In this document: piece after piece, positions 1 to 13,300 of the stretch | Position numbering within the stretch: the stretch's first letter is position 1 | How the letters are laid out: every line of letters begins with the position of its first letter | Assembly (NCBI GenBank): GCA_964016885.1 | Contig: OZ024743.1 | Location: 217,434,001 to 217,498,000, forward strand | Length of the DNA stretch: 64,000 bases | Direction: 5' to 3' | From: Eledone cirrhosa | Taxonomy: Eukaryota | Program-made: the position numbers and the translations under genes | The notes under the pieces: model-generated | Seen by the model: the letters and a program-made list of their open reading frames with translations, nothing else | What the model was told of the DNA's origin: nothing | Databases searched by the model: none

Positions 1-439
1 ACTTCATCAGCGGGATATAATTTTCTGATGTCTGGTTTCCACAATTGTTGATAGTTTTCATTGTTAGTCAGTAATACCTGCATAATTGCATAACGTGATC
101 AAAGAGGCGTGAAATTCAAGTAATTAACTGGAGTGGATTTAAATCATCGCAAGACATATTTAATGAATTCAAATTTGGGTTTTATGTAGAGAATGAAAAA
201 CAAATGCTTAACAGCAATTGATGGCGACTTTCAGAGAATGAAAAATTAAATCCAAAGAAAACTGAATTTCGAATTTGAAGAAAATATTTAATTTTATATA
301 CCAAGAAGTGGTTCACATATGTTAGTGGCTGCAAATTACGTTAAGGAAATCAAATATATGTATATTGTAATTTGTTAATTTCCTAATTTACAAAGCTACT
401 GTCATTTCAATAACTAATCAATATTAGGGTCCTTTATGG

Positions 440-552
440 GTTCAAATACCGCCGAGGTTAACTTTGCTTTTCACCCTTACGGGGTCGATAAAATAAAGTA
501 CCAGTAATGCACTGGAATAATTGCTGGCCTTGTGCCAAAAGTAGAAATAATT
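440..552 (+). mobile_element. 5'-truncated tRNA-derived SINE (family A)
   Basis: B-box-like GGTTCAAATACC, then actttgcttttcacccttacggggtcgataaaataaagtaccag and the tail gctggccttgtgccaaaagtagaaa; matches copies at 23197, 51515, 53320, 58252 and 61132. Confidence 0.8.
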
Positions 553-585
553 AATATTAATAAATAAAAGTATGTACTTATAATG

Positions 586-587
<2 letters not shown>

Positions 588-635
<48 letters not shown>

Positions 636-719
636 TGTGTGTGTGTGTATATATATATGTATATATATATATATATATGTATATATATGTATATATATAT
701 ATATGTTTGTATATATATG

Positions 720-783
<64 letters not shown>
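588..783. repeat. compound (TA)n/(TG)n microsatellite, representative of dozens in the window
   Basis: Read directly; explains the YIYI, HTHT and CVCV ORFs in the track. Confidence 0.95.
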
Positions 784-784
<1 letters not shown>

Positions 785-1035
785 TCGTTTCTTCTGGCAA
801 TTAATTTGAAGAAACAGACATTCATTCATTAAGTGAAATAATTAAAATTTCACAGGTCACAGGTCGATATTTCAATGTGAAGATGCGGTGCTAACCAAAG
901 TAATTCATACAACCTTGTGGACGTCAGTCAACGTGGCTGATGTGGGGTGTCAATTGATATTAATTTGCAGCTATTAAACGGTATCTAAATATTTGACTAT
1001 CATTTTCATTTGCACCGATCCCTTTATCGATTCTA

Positions 1036-1190
1036 CAGATGAGTAAATATAGAAATTCGAGTCACTCTAACTGATAGAATCACCAAGCAAACTTTGAAAT
1101 CATAGCTTTCTGTTTAGATGAATAAATATAGAAATTACTTCGAGTCTCTACACCTGATAGAATCACCAAATAAAACTTGAAATCAAAGCC
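1036..1190. repeat. diverged ~80-bp tandem duplication
   Basis: gatgaRtaaatatagaaatt...ctgatagaatcaccaa...ttgaaatca occurs twice in succession. Confidence 0.7.
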
Positions 1191-1657
1191 TGAAATAAAA
1201 GCAGAATGAATGAGATATTGGATAAAGCACTGTAGCTTTTGAAAATATCGATAGAAAGAACACAGTTGAAACATTGGTAGCCACATGTCTGCTAATTCAG
1301 GGCCGGGGCGTGACTAAACGTCAACAAAACGAGTCATTCTACAGATTAGGCAATTTACCTGAATCGAGTTTTATAATTGGATTGCACATCCTCTGCGTCG
1401 CTGGACTGTGGGTATGACGGAGTGAATCGATCACAGCAACTGTGGTATATTGCTAAAATCTTAATAATACTTTACTCATTGATCTTCGATTTTTATACGC
1501 CAAACGACGAAAATTAAAACTTTTCTCACTAACCTAACTAGTCTAGCTCCAACAACACTTGCGTCAAAAAGAATACATGGAACACACCACTGCTGAATAC
1601 TGTACATCGGTGCTACTGTTCGCTGTATTTACTGTCTGAGCTAGACGTCTTTCTATA

Positions 1658-1771
<114 letters not shown>

Positions 1772-3043
1772 ATGTTTATAGTTACATAGCTAACTATGAT
1801 GAATATGATCATTGACATTCAACAAAATTATATTACTGTCATTTGCCTTCTTTCATATTTCCATTAGTTTGTCCTTCATTCTCTTCACACATTTTGATTT
1901 CTTCCCTTTTTCCCATCACGTATTAATGAATTTTCTATATTTGCTAACGGCCCTGATCGTAGATGTGTATAGAGTATTTTGCTTGTTAATTAATCTTACT
2001 GAGTATGCTCTATTTCTGGTGAATACGAAGACTTGAATCTCAAGGGTTTTAAATGTCTGCTCAAGATTCCATCCATTAATTTAGTTATGTTTAGTCAGTA
2101 AGGGATAGATTCCAAGATGAGATAGTGATAAATCACCACTAGTGCAAACATCTTATAATTGCCACGTTCCCTAATGATGTGATAAATCCTAAACGATGAT
2201 ACCGGGAAACTGTCTGTGTAGACATTGTGTATGATATTTGTGTACAACCTTTGCAATTTTCTTTATGATTTACTGCGCTATTTAGTGTTTAACTCTATAA
2301 ATGACTACAAAAACTCCTTGCAAGAAATATTTCTATTATTCAGTTATCACTCATGACTATATATAATCTGATTTAAAAGATAAATATATTTTCAGACATT
2401 TTGTTTTCAAAACGTTTCTATATGAGAATATAGTCATTATTCTATTAATATAATCATTATTCTAGATATTGCGTTGTGCTGTTCAGCAGATTTGAACTAT
2501 GTACCATAATAGCTGAAAATAAACATTTATTGAATAACGACAATTGCAATTTCATTTTACATAATTGCTCGAAAAAATATTATGATTTAAGCAGAGGGTT
2601 TCAAGAGAATTAGCAAAATTTTACACGCATAAACTGAGGACCTCGAAAGGTACAGGAACCATATTCCTTTCCTTACGGATAAATAGATTTTAAGCATCAT
2701 GTTGTTTCAGCATCTAGGCTAGCACATATAAATATTGTATAACGATAATCGTCTATTTGAAATTGTATCAACGTTCTTCATTATTATCTTGAATAGTTTT
2801 TTGACACACATCTATTTCTGTTTCAGAATTCCAGTCTCCTTTATATAGTACCCTTTCTCTTAACGTTGTAATAGAAATAACAAATTCAACCTGCATTCGA
2901 GTAGTGCTTTGACGTTGCTATATCAATCACTACAATAGCTGTACAATGCATAATGCTGATTGCCTAGGGAAAGAGAGAAATTTCGTTGTCACTCTCTGAG
3001 TAACCCCTACACTCTCTCTTTCTCTTTCTTTCTCTCTCTCTCT

Positions 3044-3085
<42 letters not shown>

Positions 3086-3166
3086 GAGATAAGTGGAGCA
3101 AGCCAAATTCAAACCATTTTTTAAAATAAATAAAAAAATATAATTTAAATATTTAGCTATTCCATT

Positions 3167-3249
3167 TGCTTTTACCGACGGTTTCGCCTCACAAAAGATT
3201 GGAGATCCCTAGGTACTTCCACTGGAAATGTTCGGATCATCAGAGACCA
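3167..3249 (-). ncRNA. type I hammerhead ribozyme motif, copy 1 of the 484-bp family
   Basis: Minus strand CTGATGA...GAAA-CCGTCGG-TA; stem III ACCG-T-CGGT; stem I partly mismatched. Confidence 0.6.
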
Positions 3250-3650
3250 TTTTCCCTACCTAGGATAAAAGCCCCGGTAGGCAAAATATATTGCCATCTG
3301 CCAGCTAGCACAGGATCGAATAGGGCCGTAAACTTAACCTACGCATGAACCATCCATTAGTAGAAGCGGAAGTACACATAGACGTATTGTCTACCTCACC
3401 ACTAAAAATAGCAGCTAAATAAAACAACAGATTTGTTCTCTACATAACGAAGAATATTAAAAGAAGTTAATATGCCCACAGGTACTAAGTACCCCTGGAA
3501 ATATATAGGATGCCTATGATACAGTGGTTGTTCTATGGTATTAATTTGACATACCAGAACTATAAAACTGAGATAAGGGGAGCAAGCAAGATTCAAACAA
3601 TTTTTTTAAATAAATTAAAATATATAATTTAAATATTTACCTATTCTATT

Positions 3651-3733
3651 TGCTTTTACCGACGGTTTCACCTCACAAAATATTGGAGATCCCTAGGGAC
3701 TTCCAATGGAAATGTTCGGATCATCAGAGAGCA
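3651..3733 (-). ncRNA. type I hammerhead ribozyme motif, copy 2 of the 484-bp family
   Basis: Minus strand tgctct-CTGATGA...GAAA-CCGTCGG-TA-aaagca. Confidence 0.65.
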
Positions 3734-3875
3734 TTTTCCTTACCTAGGACAAAAGTCCCGGGGACGGCGAAATATATTGCCATCTGCCAGCTAGCACAGG
3801 ATCGAATGGGGCCGTAAACTTGACCTATGCATGAACCAGCCCTGAGTAGAAGCGGAAATAAACATAGATGTATTG

Positions 3876-3923
<48 letters not shown>

Positions 3924-3925
<2 letters not shown>

Positions 3926-4078
3926 ACATCCAGTTCCTCAAACAGCCGCCTGATCTGCCCAGTGCTCTGGGCTGTGTAAAGAGGCTCTCCTAGTAGGGTC
4001 CTAAAATGGTCTAGCCATTTCCTCTTCCTATCCTCGGGCCCCGTTCCCTGGATCTGACTCGAACACCTTCTCTTCCTC
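3924..4078 (-). pseudogene. RTE-like LINE internal ORF fragment, inverted relative to the adjacent 3' end
   Basis: IQGTGPEDRKRKWLDHFRTLLGEP resembles the W..HF..LL linker between endonuclease and RT. Confidence 0.6.
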
Positions 4079-4079
4079 A

Positions 4080-4482
4080 ATGTATGGGTCTGAGACTTGG
4101 ACACTGACCAAGAAACTCACTCAGATGGTGGATGGGTGCTACACGAGAATGCTGAGGATGGCTCTGAACATTAATCAGTATACACTGAGGATGAAAAACT
4201 CAGAGCTGTATGGGAGCATCCCAAAAGTCAGCTCAAAAGTGACACAGAGGAGACTGAGGTTAGCTGGACATGCTAACCGACATCCAGAGTTGACATTGCA
4301 CTCAGTGCTCCTTTGGGATCCCCTACATGGACACACTAGAAGAGGAAGACCAAGGTTAACGTATGTTGATGCCCTAAGGACAGACACTGGTCTGTTGGAG
4401 ACGCAAGACATGGCAGCGATAATGAGGGACAGAGACCGCTGGAGAGAACTCGTCCATGGATCTCGGGAATTTTACCCGCCTT

Positions 4483-4484
<2 letters not shown>
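4080..4484 (+). pseudogene. RTE-clade LINE 3' end (C-terminal ORF fragment)
   Basis: YGSETWTL..DGCYTRMLRMALNI..RRLRLAGH..LLW.P..RRGRP..Y..DRDRWR, followed by stop and (TA)n. Confidence 0.9.
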
Positions 4485-4543
<59 letters not shown>

Positions 4544-4544
<1 letters not shown>

Positions 4545-4780
4545 GGCCGATGAGTACCTGAGTCTCATGTGATTTAATAATAATAGTTTGTCTTCGATGA
4601 TCGATTACATTGATTGATTTCTTCGATGAACGATTACTTAGATTGATTTGTAGCCGCATTCTCCAGGTGTGATGTAGCGCAATAAGGTTTCACTTATAAC
4701 TCCACCTGGTACATATTCTGCTAAATAATATGTTTTTGGCATATATACAATATACCGTGTTTCTTTTACGATATATGGCT
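4544..4780 (+). repeat. pseudo-LTR-like repeat with degenerate hammerhead; inverted partner at 9415-9658
   Basis: Shares tagtttgtcttcgatgatcgattacatt and cacttataa..cacctggtacatattct with the reverse complement of 9415-9658. Confidence 0.75.
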
Positions 4781-4824
4781 ATATATATATATATATATAT
4801 AATATATAATATATATAAATATAA

Positions 4825-7252
4825 TTGGTGTTGGATACTCAAAGCGTCCGTATGCGGTAGGCCGTATGAACATTCGATGCCCTCGTAGGGCAGAGAATGC
4901 AGGGCGCGGAAACAAGAACCTGAAAGATCTCAGCTCCAAGATTAAAAGCATGTAGAGGTTCCCGCACTTACTTGTACCTTCGGATAAGACGGCTAACATT
5001 TACAGGATGAAACACAGAACCTACGGAAAATGCATGGAGAAAGAGATTAGGAAATTTATAGGATTACGGGTCACGACAAACTTGACAGAATAAACAACAC
5101 GACCAAAAACCTAATGAGAGGACTGGAAGTAGCATACAAGACTAAACAGCAAGTGAACTTCGTGCAGCTAGACGTAGCAAATTACTACGCCTCTATCTCA
5201 CCAGTAATTGTAAACAAGGCCCACGTGAGCGCTATGGCAAGCTCCAACTTAACTATAGGTGAAGTGGACATCATTATAGCTGCTGAAAGATGCTCATTAG
5301 GTTTGACGGTAGACTGTGGGAAAGCAGGGACAGACCCGACAGTTTTGACATCCCCATGGGCTCGAGCGACTCCGCACAGGTGACGGACGTGGTGGGAATT
5401 TATCTACTCCATAGGTTAGCAGAGGAGATTCCAGGGATAGGCGGAGGGATAGATAGGGACGATGCCATATTTACCTTCCGCTCATTAAACTCTATCCAGC
5501 TGGAGCGCATACGGAAGCGCATCTCACATTTCTTTAAGCAGCACGGTTTATCCGTGCTAACAGAAAATAGCACTAAGACATTAAACTTCCTAGACGTATC
5601 CTTGGAACTGGATAGAGGTTTATACCGACCATATCACAAGCCCAACAACGAGAACCCGCAGTACGTAAACAGGCACTCAAACCACCCCCAAGTGGTTATT
5701 GACGCCATAGTGAAGGGGGGGTATCCACCTGAGTATCCACACTGTCCGCCAACGTAGATGTGTTCAATCAGCACGCCGACTACTATAATGAGGCACTGGG
5801 AAGGGCCGGGTACACAGAAGCCATAGTGTACACCCCGGACAAGGGCAGGCGGCATAGAAAGGAACACAAATACCCGGATACCACTAGTAATAACTTAGAC
5901 AGACAACTTACCCATAAGCAAACAACTAACAGTATAGATAGGAGTATTAAACACAACAGTGATGACAGCACAACGCATATACAGATGACGGAACTCTAGG
6001 GAACACAACACATATGGACTGAACAACAGTAGTAACGCCTGGCACCAGAACGGGCAAACCAAAGATAGTGAAGTAGATAACACAGCACGGAGCTTTAGGG
6101 GTAATACCAAGACTAAGAAAACCACCAATGATACGCCAGGATACTCGGGTAGCGAACAGAGACCGAAAATAAGGCTAGCAAATGTGCCCAGAACAACATA
6201 GTGAGAGAAGGCCTTTCCACAGACTTAAGTAATAGTTCTATGCATAGGGATAGAATGGGGAGGGGGGGTCAATTCTGAGTAGGGCTTAACCTGAGAGAAC
6301 AGCTTGACAATGCGCGCACTAATAGTAGCAGACGACGAAATAGAAATAGATGTAGAAACGTAACATGGTTTAATACACCATACTCGCAGCATATACGCAC
6401 TAACGTGCCAGGTCTTCTTCAGGTCATTGGACGACTGTTTCCCGGCATCGCACAGATACCACAAAATTTTCAACCGACACATCGTGAAGTTCTCATTTTC
6501 CACGGCACGCAACGTGGCAGACTACATGGCCAGGCCAACGCGTTGAAATTGAGGACACCCCACGGGCGCAACGATCAGGCACCAGACACGCTGAGGGCAG
6601 GGGTCTGCGGGGGAGCACGCGGAGGGGGCTGATTGTTCTGGTGATGTGCCTATGGGCAGAGCTGCGGCTTCGGAGGGCCCCATACTTGCCAACAGAGAAC
6701 AGCTGGTGGTGAACACTGAGTCCACCGCTCCGCCGGAGCACCACTCGAGGACCGGTGAGAAACCAAATAAGACGCCAGGACCACGTAATGGGATTTACAA
6801 AAATGATGCACGGACATGTAACTGCCGTGTCCGAGAGGAGTGCCCCCTGCAGGGAATGAGCCTACTAAGGGCGTTGTCTACAGATGTGTGGTTACCAAGC
6901 ACAAGATAGGCACACATATATCGGAGCTACACCCACGACTCTTAAGTCGAGGATGTACAACCATAAGAGCTCATTGAAGGACAGGAACAATAGACACTCC
7001 ACCAGATTGGCGGGCTTAGTATGGAGACTCAAAGACACTGGCATAGAATTTGACCTCAGCTGGAGTATTGTGCAGCATGCGAATGCGTATTTGGTCGGAG
7101 ACAGGAAGTGCAACTTATGCCTGTCCGAGGCTATGGACATAGTAAAACTTAAGGGCGACGCAGTCAACCTCAAGTCTGAAATCGTCATGGAATGCAGGAA
7201 CCAACGTAAATGCAGGCTCTCCGCCCTAGTGATACCGGATGAATCTACCTAG
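4825..7252 (+). mobile_element. Penelope-like retroelement (Naiad-like), 5'-truncated and frameshifted RT plus GIY-YIG endonuclease
   Basis: LVPSDKTANIY, FVQLDVANYYASIS, FDIPMGSSDSAQV, DRDD (decayed YRDD), NFLDV, YVNRHSNHP, WFN.PYS, KIFNR, CNCR..ECPLQG, YIGATPTTLKSRMYNH, CNLCLSE. Confidence 0.9.
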
Positions 7253-9235
7253 CGCACCACCGGCACCACAACACCAGATGGAGCGCATGCAACGGACCAC
7301 GATAGAACACTGCATAACTGTGAATGCATGACAGCACAAGTTGATAACAAAGACGGATCCAACGTTGCCTACCTCGTAGAACATCTTAATAGCACCATCA
7401 CACCAATTTGCGGACGACGACTCGTTACAAGTAGGATTAAGTCTACAACCCTAATTTTCAAATATTTCAAATTTGTAAGTTTTTAAATTTTTAAATTGTT
7501 GATTTCCGATATTCGATTCGTGGTGTTTAATTTGTTACTTGGATGATGGACATGATGCTTGTTTTAAGGTTAATGTCGCAGTTAATTGTAATGTTGATGT
7601 TAATTTTAATTTTAATTTTAATTCTAATTTTAATTCTAATTTTAATTTCAAGTTTTAATTTTGTCGTTCCATGCCGCTGATATACACACGCACACAACGC
7701 CTGCCGCTAGCACATTACAATCATGCATACGCTCTACGTGCATTCCATATATACTGTTATGAAACTCATACACTTTATATTCCATGTATACATCAAACCC
7801 ATGTACATCTCATATATACTTTTATGAAATGGATGTTACACATAACCACAATATATATAACTTGTTTGTGTACGCACGCACGGCCCACATCTATCCACAA
7901 GCCACGAGACCTGCATCATGCGCATGCTCCCACCCAGTGCCTTAGATCACCAGGCCCATGTATATCATATAAACATTTGCACCACAGCCCCCAAGTATTT
8001 ATTGTATGCAACTAATAATGCCCGGGTCCCCCTCTGCATCCTTGTCATGTATGCATTCTCTTTTTCAGGCATTTTATTTTATTGTATTTTATCTTATTGT
8101 ATTTTGTTATTGTATATTATTTCATTATTATATTATTTTATGTTATGTATGTACAGGAATTGTTATATATGTGTCACCCATGCTATATGTGATTAGTGCA
8201 AGGATATTGTGCTGCCTTAACATTTAGGCATTATGTTCAGTCACCTTCGGATTCATACCGCCTCGTGATCTGGTTGGGTCAAAGCCTCAAAAGCGTTGTC
8301 TCATACAATACTGTGCACCATCTGCGCAGCTGCGCGTGTGAAGACGAATGAGGGGTACTCATCAAGTATATGCCTCCGGTATGGTAGCACGAGGGTGCAT
8401 GAATGTATGTGTGTCCACACAGACATGCATGAGCATGGGTGTGCGCATGCCTGGGTCGATGTATCTGTCTCAGCATGTCTGCGTGGGGGTATGGATGAGT
8501 ATCTATGGATTTTCTTTTCATCTGTCTATATATGTGCAGCGTCTTGGCTATGCGCGCTCCCCTGAGTCCAGTGTGTGAGTGTAGAATTGGGTGTATTTGT
8601 TGAAAACACCTCTGGTATTGCCTTTCTGTTTGAAAGGCTGTTGCAAGCTTTCATTTAAAAACGTTCTTAATACAGGTTTTTTCTTTTTCCTTTTCCTTTT
8701 TGAAATATGTATGGTGGAGGGTATTCTAAGGCTGTGTCCTAGAAATGTTATGCTAAATACCCCTATGATTCGTTTTTTTTTTTAATTCCCGCGAAACATT
8801 ATTTATGATGACTGCCGCATACAGTATAATTGCGGGTTTGTACCTGACCGATGTAGACTAAGGCGCCTAGGGGCAACGAAGACGTCTAAGTGATGCCAGC
8901 CTTTCACGATTACAGCCCCTCTCCCACCACAGCAGTAATTCTGATATATGAAGAAATTTTGATTGACAGGTGGAAAACGAAAAGAACCAAACAGTGGGCA
9001 ACCATGAGTAGCTAAAATGACAACAACAGGATCTAAATCAACAAACGAAGGAATTCGATGTTAAAGAGCAATGGGAAAATCTGATTCGTAGAATCGAGGC
9101 GCATCCGAGGACCGCGTGATTTCAGAGTCAGGTTTAATCACAACATCGATCGTGCCTCGAGCTGGTGGACCGAGAAACAATTATAATATGTCCAATAAAT
9201 TCCTTTCGTCGCAACACTGATTCTTTTTTTCTGTG

Positions 9236-9379
<144 letters not shown>

Positions 9380-9414
9380 CCAAATGAAAAACATATTTAT
9401 ATATAGAAAGATTA

Positions 9415-9658
9415 ATAGCCAAATATCGTACAAGAAACGTGCCATATTGTAGTCATACCAAGTACATATTCTATAGAAGAATATGTACCAGGTGAAATTA
9501 TAAGTGAAACCATATAGCGTTTTTCATACCTGGACAGAGTGGCAAATATCAATCTATATAATCGATCATCGAAAAAATCAGTTAATGTAATCGATCATCG
9601 AAGACAAACTATCGCTTATGATTAAACCACATAAGACTCAGGCACACATCAGAGGTTT
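9415..9658 (-). repeat. inverted copy of the 4544-4780 repeat with degenerate hammerhead
   Basis: Minus strand aaacct-CTGATGT-gtgcctg...caggtat-GAAA-aacgcta-TA-tggttt. Confidence 0.7.
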
Positions 9659-9816
9659 AATCTCACTATTCTAAAGGAAAATAGAGTGAACATGGTGAAT
9701 AAATCAATATACCTGCCAATATACACCGTAGAATGGATTCATTTCGAAGCTGGTTAGACCATTACGACACAGAGTACTCCACACTTTGGGTAGTATATAT
9801 ATATATATATATATAG

Positions 9817-10295
9817 TTTTTCGAATATTAATAACATTCGATTCGTTTGCAATTATGCAAACAAGCCTCAATGTTAAAGCCATGTCAATAGAATGAACAC
9901 TTCATTCTTGCTCTTATGCTGGCATGCGAACAGAACTGCAGACACTAATGTTTCTGGGTATCACCCTTCATCAGTACGGCTCACTGTTCACCTGTTAGAG
10001 CTAGTGAAAATATATGCTATTTTCAAAAATACACAGTGACTGATCGGCATGATCTGCATATTAGCAGACTGGCTGATCATTCAGATCTGCATATTAGCAG
10101 ATCCACTGATCAGCCAGATTTGCATATCTGCAGACTGGCCAGTCAGTTTCCTGTATACGAGCGATAAATGACCGGCTTTGCCAAATTCAAATAAAAAAGA
10201 AACTTTCGCTCTACATGGCTGAATACAATAAAAGCAATCTGAGTTTTTCGAATATTAATAATAACATTCGTTTCGTTTGCAATTATGCAAACAAG

Positions 10296-10297
<2 letters not shown>
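9817..10297 (-). repeat. ~426-bp non-coding unit with ~55-bp terminal direct repeat and a hammerhead (retrozyme-like)
   Basis: gtttttcgaatattaata..cgtttgcaattatgcaaacaagcct at ~9817 and ~10242; three internal gatctgcatattagcaga-like repeats; (TA)n on both sides. Confidence 0.75.
9935..9980 (-). ncRNA. minimal type I hammerhead ribozyme motif
   Basis: Minus strand gccgta-CTGATGA-aGGGTgatACCCa-GAAA-CAttagTG-TC-tgcagt. Confidence 0.65.
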
Positions 10298-10368
<71 letters not shown>

Positions 10369-13300
10369 TTGTGTGCGTGTGTCAGTGTGCATGCGTGTGT
10401 GTGTGTGGTTGCTGTTTTTGCGTGTATATATAGTAATAGAATTTCTGTTTGAACTAAATCTTGTATAATTTCACAATTTCCAACCCTGCAGACAAAAATA
10501 TTATACATAATTTTAATTCACCTTAGGTACAATTTTAAATGTAAAATCATATATAAAGTGCTTCATTTCACCTTGAGATATTTTCAGTGCAACTAAACAA
10601 TGTCCGTATAAATTTTTTTAAGTTTATCCTAGTAATTAGTATTTTTATATATTTGAAAAATTTAGCATTTTAACAACTGGGAAGAATTTGTTGTTTATTT
10701 AAGTACACAATATTTTCTATGGTAGAACGATGATAAACTAGACATTAGAGCTAACTATCTGGGAGTTCTTCAATGGAATAATGTTTGCAACATATTCAAG
10801 ATAAAATCTTTTTTCAGGCTGGAAGCAACACTTAGCATAGCTCTTGTGAATTTATGACTATAATATAGAAAAAATCTTACTGTAAAGATTTAAGTATAGC
10901 TGACTTTGTGCTATGTAACAAATATAGACAGATACTCCATCGTCTGATTGATACATCACGCGAATCAATTTATTACAGCTTTAACATTGATTGTAGCCTC
11001 ATATTGACTGTGCATATGGAAAATCTGAAAACAAAGGTAAGAACTCGAAATAGCAACTTGTGAAATCTCATAATATATCACTCTACAATTCCCATTTAAA
11101 CTCTACTGCTGATTGTATTTGTTTTTCTTAGAAATATATTTTCGGTCAAAATACTAGTTGAAGTATGCAATATAAACTACCATTCCATCACAACCATTAA
11201 CAATAGTAGCCTGATTGATGTCGCTGTCTCATGTGATAGAAACAGAAAAATCGGAAACAGATCAAAGCAATCAAATCAGGCCAGTGATTCAAACAATTCA
11301 ATGTATAAACTCAGCTTGAAATAAACCGGCTTCAAACCAATAAAGAGCTTTCTGCATACAAGTATCCCTGTGGAGTTTTCTCTAAAAGAGATGGAATAAA
11401 TAAAGAAAACGTGCATCGGAAATGAAACATAAACATCATGAAAAGCAAATAGAAACTGCATAGATGGCGTTTTTGAATAAGGAAACATCAATACGAATAA
11501 GGAGATATAAACCTAAACCGAAGGAAAAGTGTTTAAATCAAGGTGTCGAAAATACTGGCGTAAGAAAATGAATGAACGAGGTAGTTCAATAAGAATAAAA
11601 GAGATACAAATCAATTTAAAGAATTCTTTAAGAAATATTGTTGGGGGAATCGTATATTATTTAATATAAATATAGTTATGGTTAGTTAAGAATGTCTCAA
11701 AGGAATGAAAATGTTTGGAATTCTCTTTTTAATTTTGATAAGCGTCTATTATAATTCATAATATATGTTGTTGTTTGTAACTACTGATTAGAGTATTTCA
11801 GTGTTTAAAAACGAAACTATGTTCCCTTAAGGTGGTGAGAATGCGAACGTTTCCTTCTATGTAGTAAAGGTTGCCTTTGATTAACGGCAAAATGTAAAGT
11901 AATTCAAAATAAATCATGGAATAGAAATTTGTGTGGGAAGTGATCTGATCGTGGAAGGACCATTTTTGTAATTTAAAAAACATTCTGGTTTATTTTCCTT
12001 TGTTTTAATTAATGGTAGTACTACTACATATAATGAAATGAGGAAAAAATCACTTCGAGCATCTAAACCCTCACGACAGAAGAAACAAAGATGCTGCCAT
12101 CTAAGTCGAAAATGTAGAAAACTTTATTAAAATTATTTCCCCCACTAGAATGGAGAACATTACAATTGTCTAATTAGCTCTCAAAAATGGTTGTACTGCA
12201 CGCAAATATAACATCAGAAGAACCGTAATTACATTACCAAATACGAAGCCATTGTTCTCTCTATTCATGTTGTTACGTAGAGTTACTACATATTATTCTC
12301 AAAGCAAATGATATGAATCACGAGAATTAAGGCCATGGGATATCAGTAGCTTCACCTGCTGTTTCTATATCACTGAAATCTCGATTAATCTAAAGTTCAG
12401 TTACTTATGTTTACTAACATTAACATTTTATTTTATTAAGTTTATCAAACTATATAGCTCAGGGCAAATGAAAAAAATCTGATATTAATTTTATTTCAAT
12501 AAGAAAGCTTTATTCACTAATTATATACAAGGTAATATTTGTTTCAATTCAACCAAAGCATACGAACTAAATTAATGGGATTGTATCATACATATACATT
12601 TATTTTGACATCATTACCGTAATAGCATATATGGTAGATAAAGATTTAATTATTACAAAAAATATGTTTACATAAGTTGTAATAATTTTAGGTAATCTCC
12701 TTTATCTGCAATCATGTTTGAAAATATATACCACTGTATACATTTGTCAGCTGAAATCTCATCAAAATAACCCTCATCGTCAAACAAATATCAAGCTCTT
12801 CTAAATATAAATAGGTAACGGAATGACAGTAATGTAACCAACCATCAATGTATAATATATAAGAAGACTTTATTTTAGAAAGTAGCTAACTTGTAGCTGA
12901 CTATGGTTTCTCAATAACTGATGAATGGATTTAAACAACATATAAAATGGTACAAATAAAGGTTTGGTACACCCACGTTATTGAGTGTAACATTCTACTT
13001 TGTTCATATAACAAGTCTTAAGAGAAATATATCTCGCCATAAATTGCCGCTAGAAACTTGGTTTGAATAGAATCAATGATTGGCCGACTGGATCTCCTTC
13101 TGAGATACGTTGAAAGGAATTATTGTTCATGAGATTATGTTTATAAAAAAACAGCGAAAGTAGCATTTGAGATAAAATGTTTAGGAATCAATCATATATT
13201 TCTCCAAAATTATATGTAATCCCAGATGTTCTATATAAGCGCCTACACCATGTTGACAATGAAAACGAATAGGAATATTTTAATTAATACTTTCAGAAAG

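Larger units (their letters stand above)
3081..3878 (-). repeat. ~1.65 tandem copies of a 484-bp non-coding unit carrying a hammerhead ribozyme (retrozyme-like or non-autonomous PLE)
   Basis: Unit restarts at ~3565 (gagataag.ggagcaagc); flanked by (TA)n; homologous array at 30018-30683. Confidence 0.85.

Noticed and set aside
1-14. CTGATGA core on the minus strand at the window start
   Set aside because: The rest of a possible hammerhead would lie outside the window, so it cannot be evaluated
2630-2680. CTGAGGA..GAAA hammerhead-like string
   Set aside because: No convincing stem I or stem III
6810-7252. Selenocysteine (in-frame UGA) recoding reported for some Naiad PLEs
   Set aside because: The visible Cys motifs (CNC, CP, CNLC) use ordinary Cys codons here and in the 37.9 kb element; no SECIS recognised
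10040-10145. Short repeats with spacers, superficially CRISPR-like
   Set aside because: Only three degenerate units, related spacers, eukaryotic context and no cas genes
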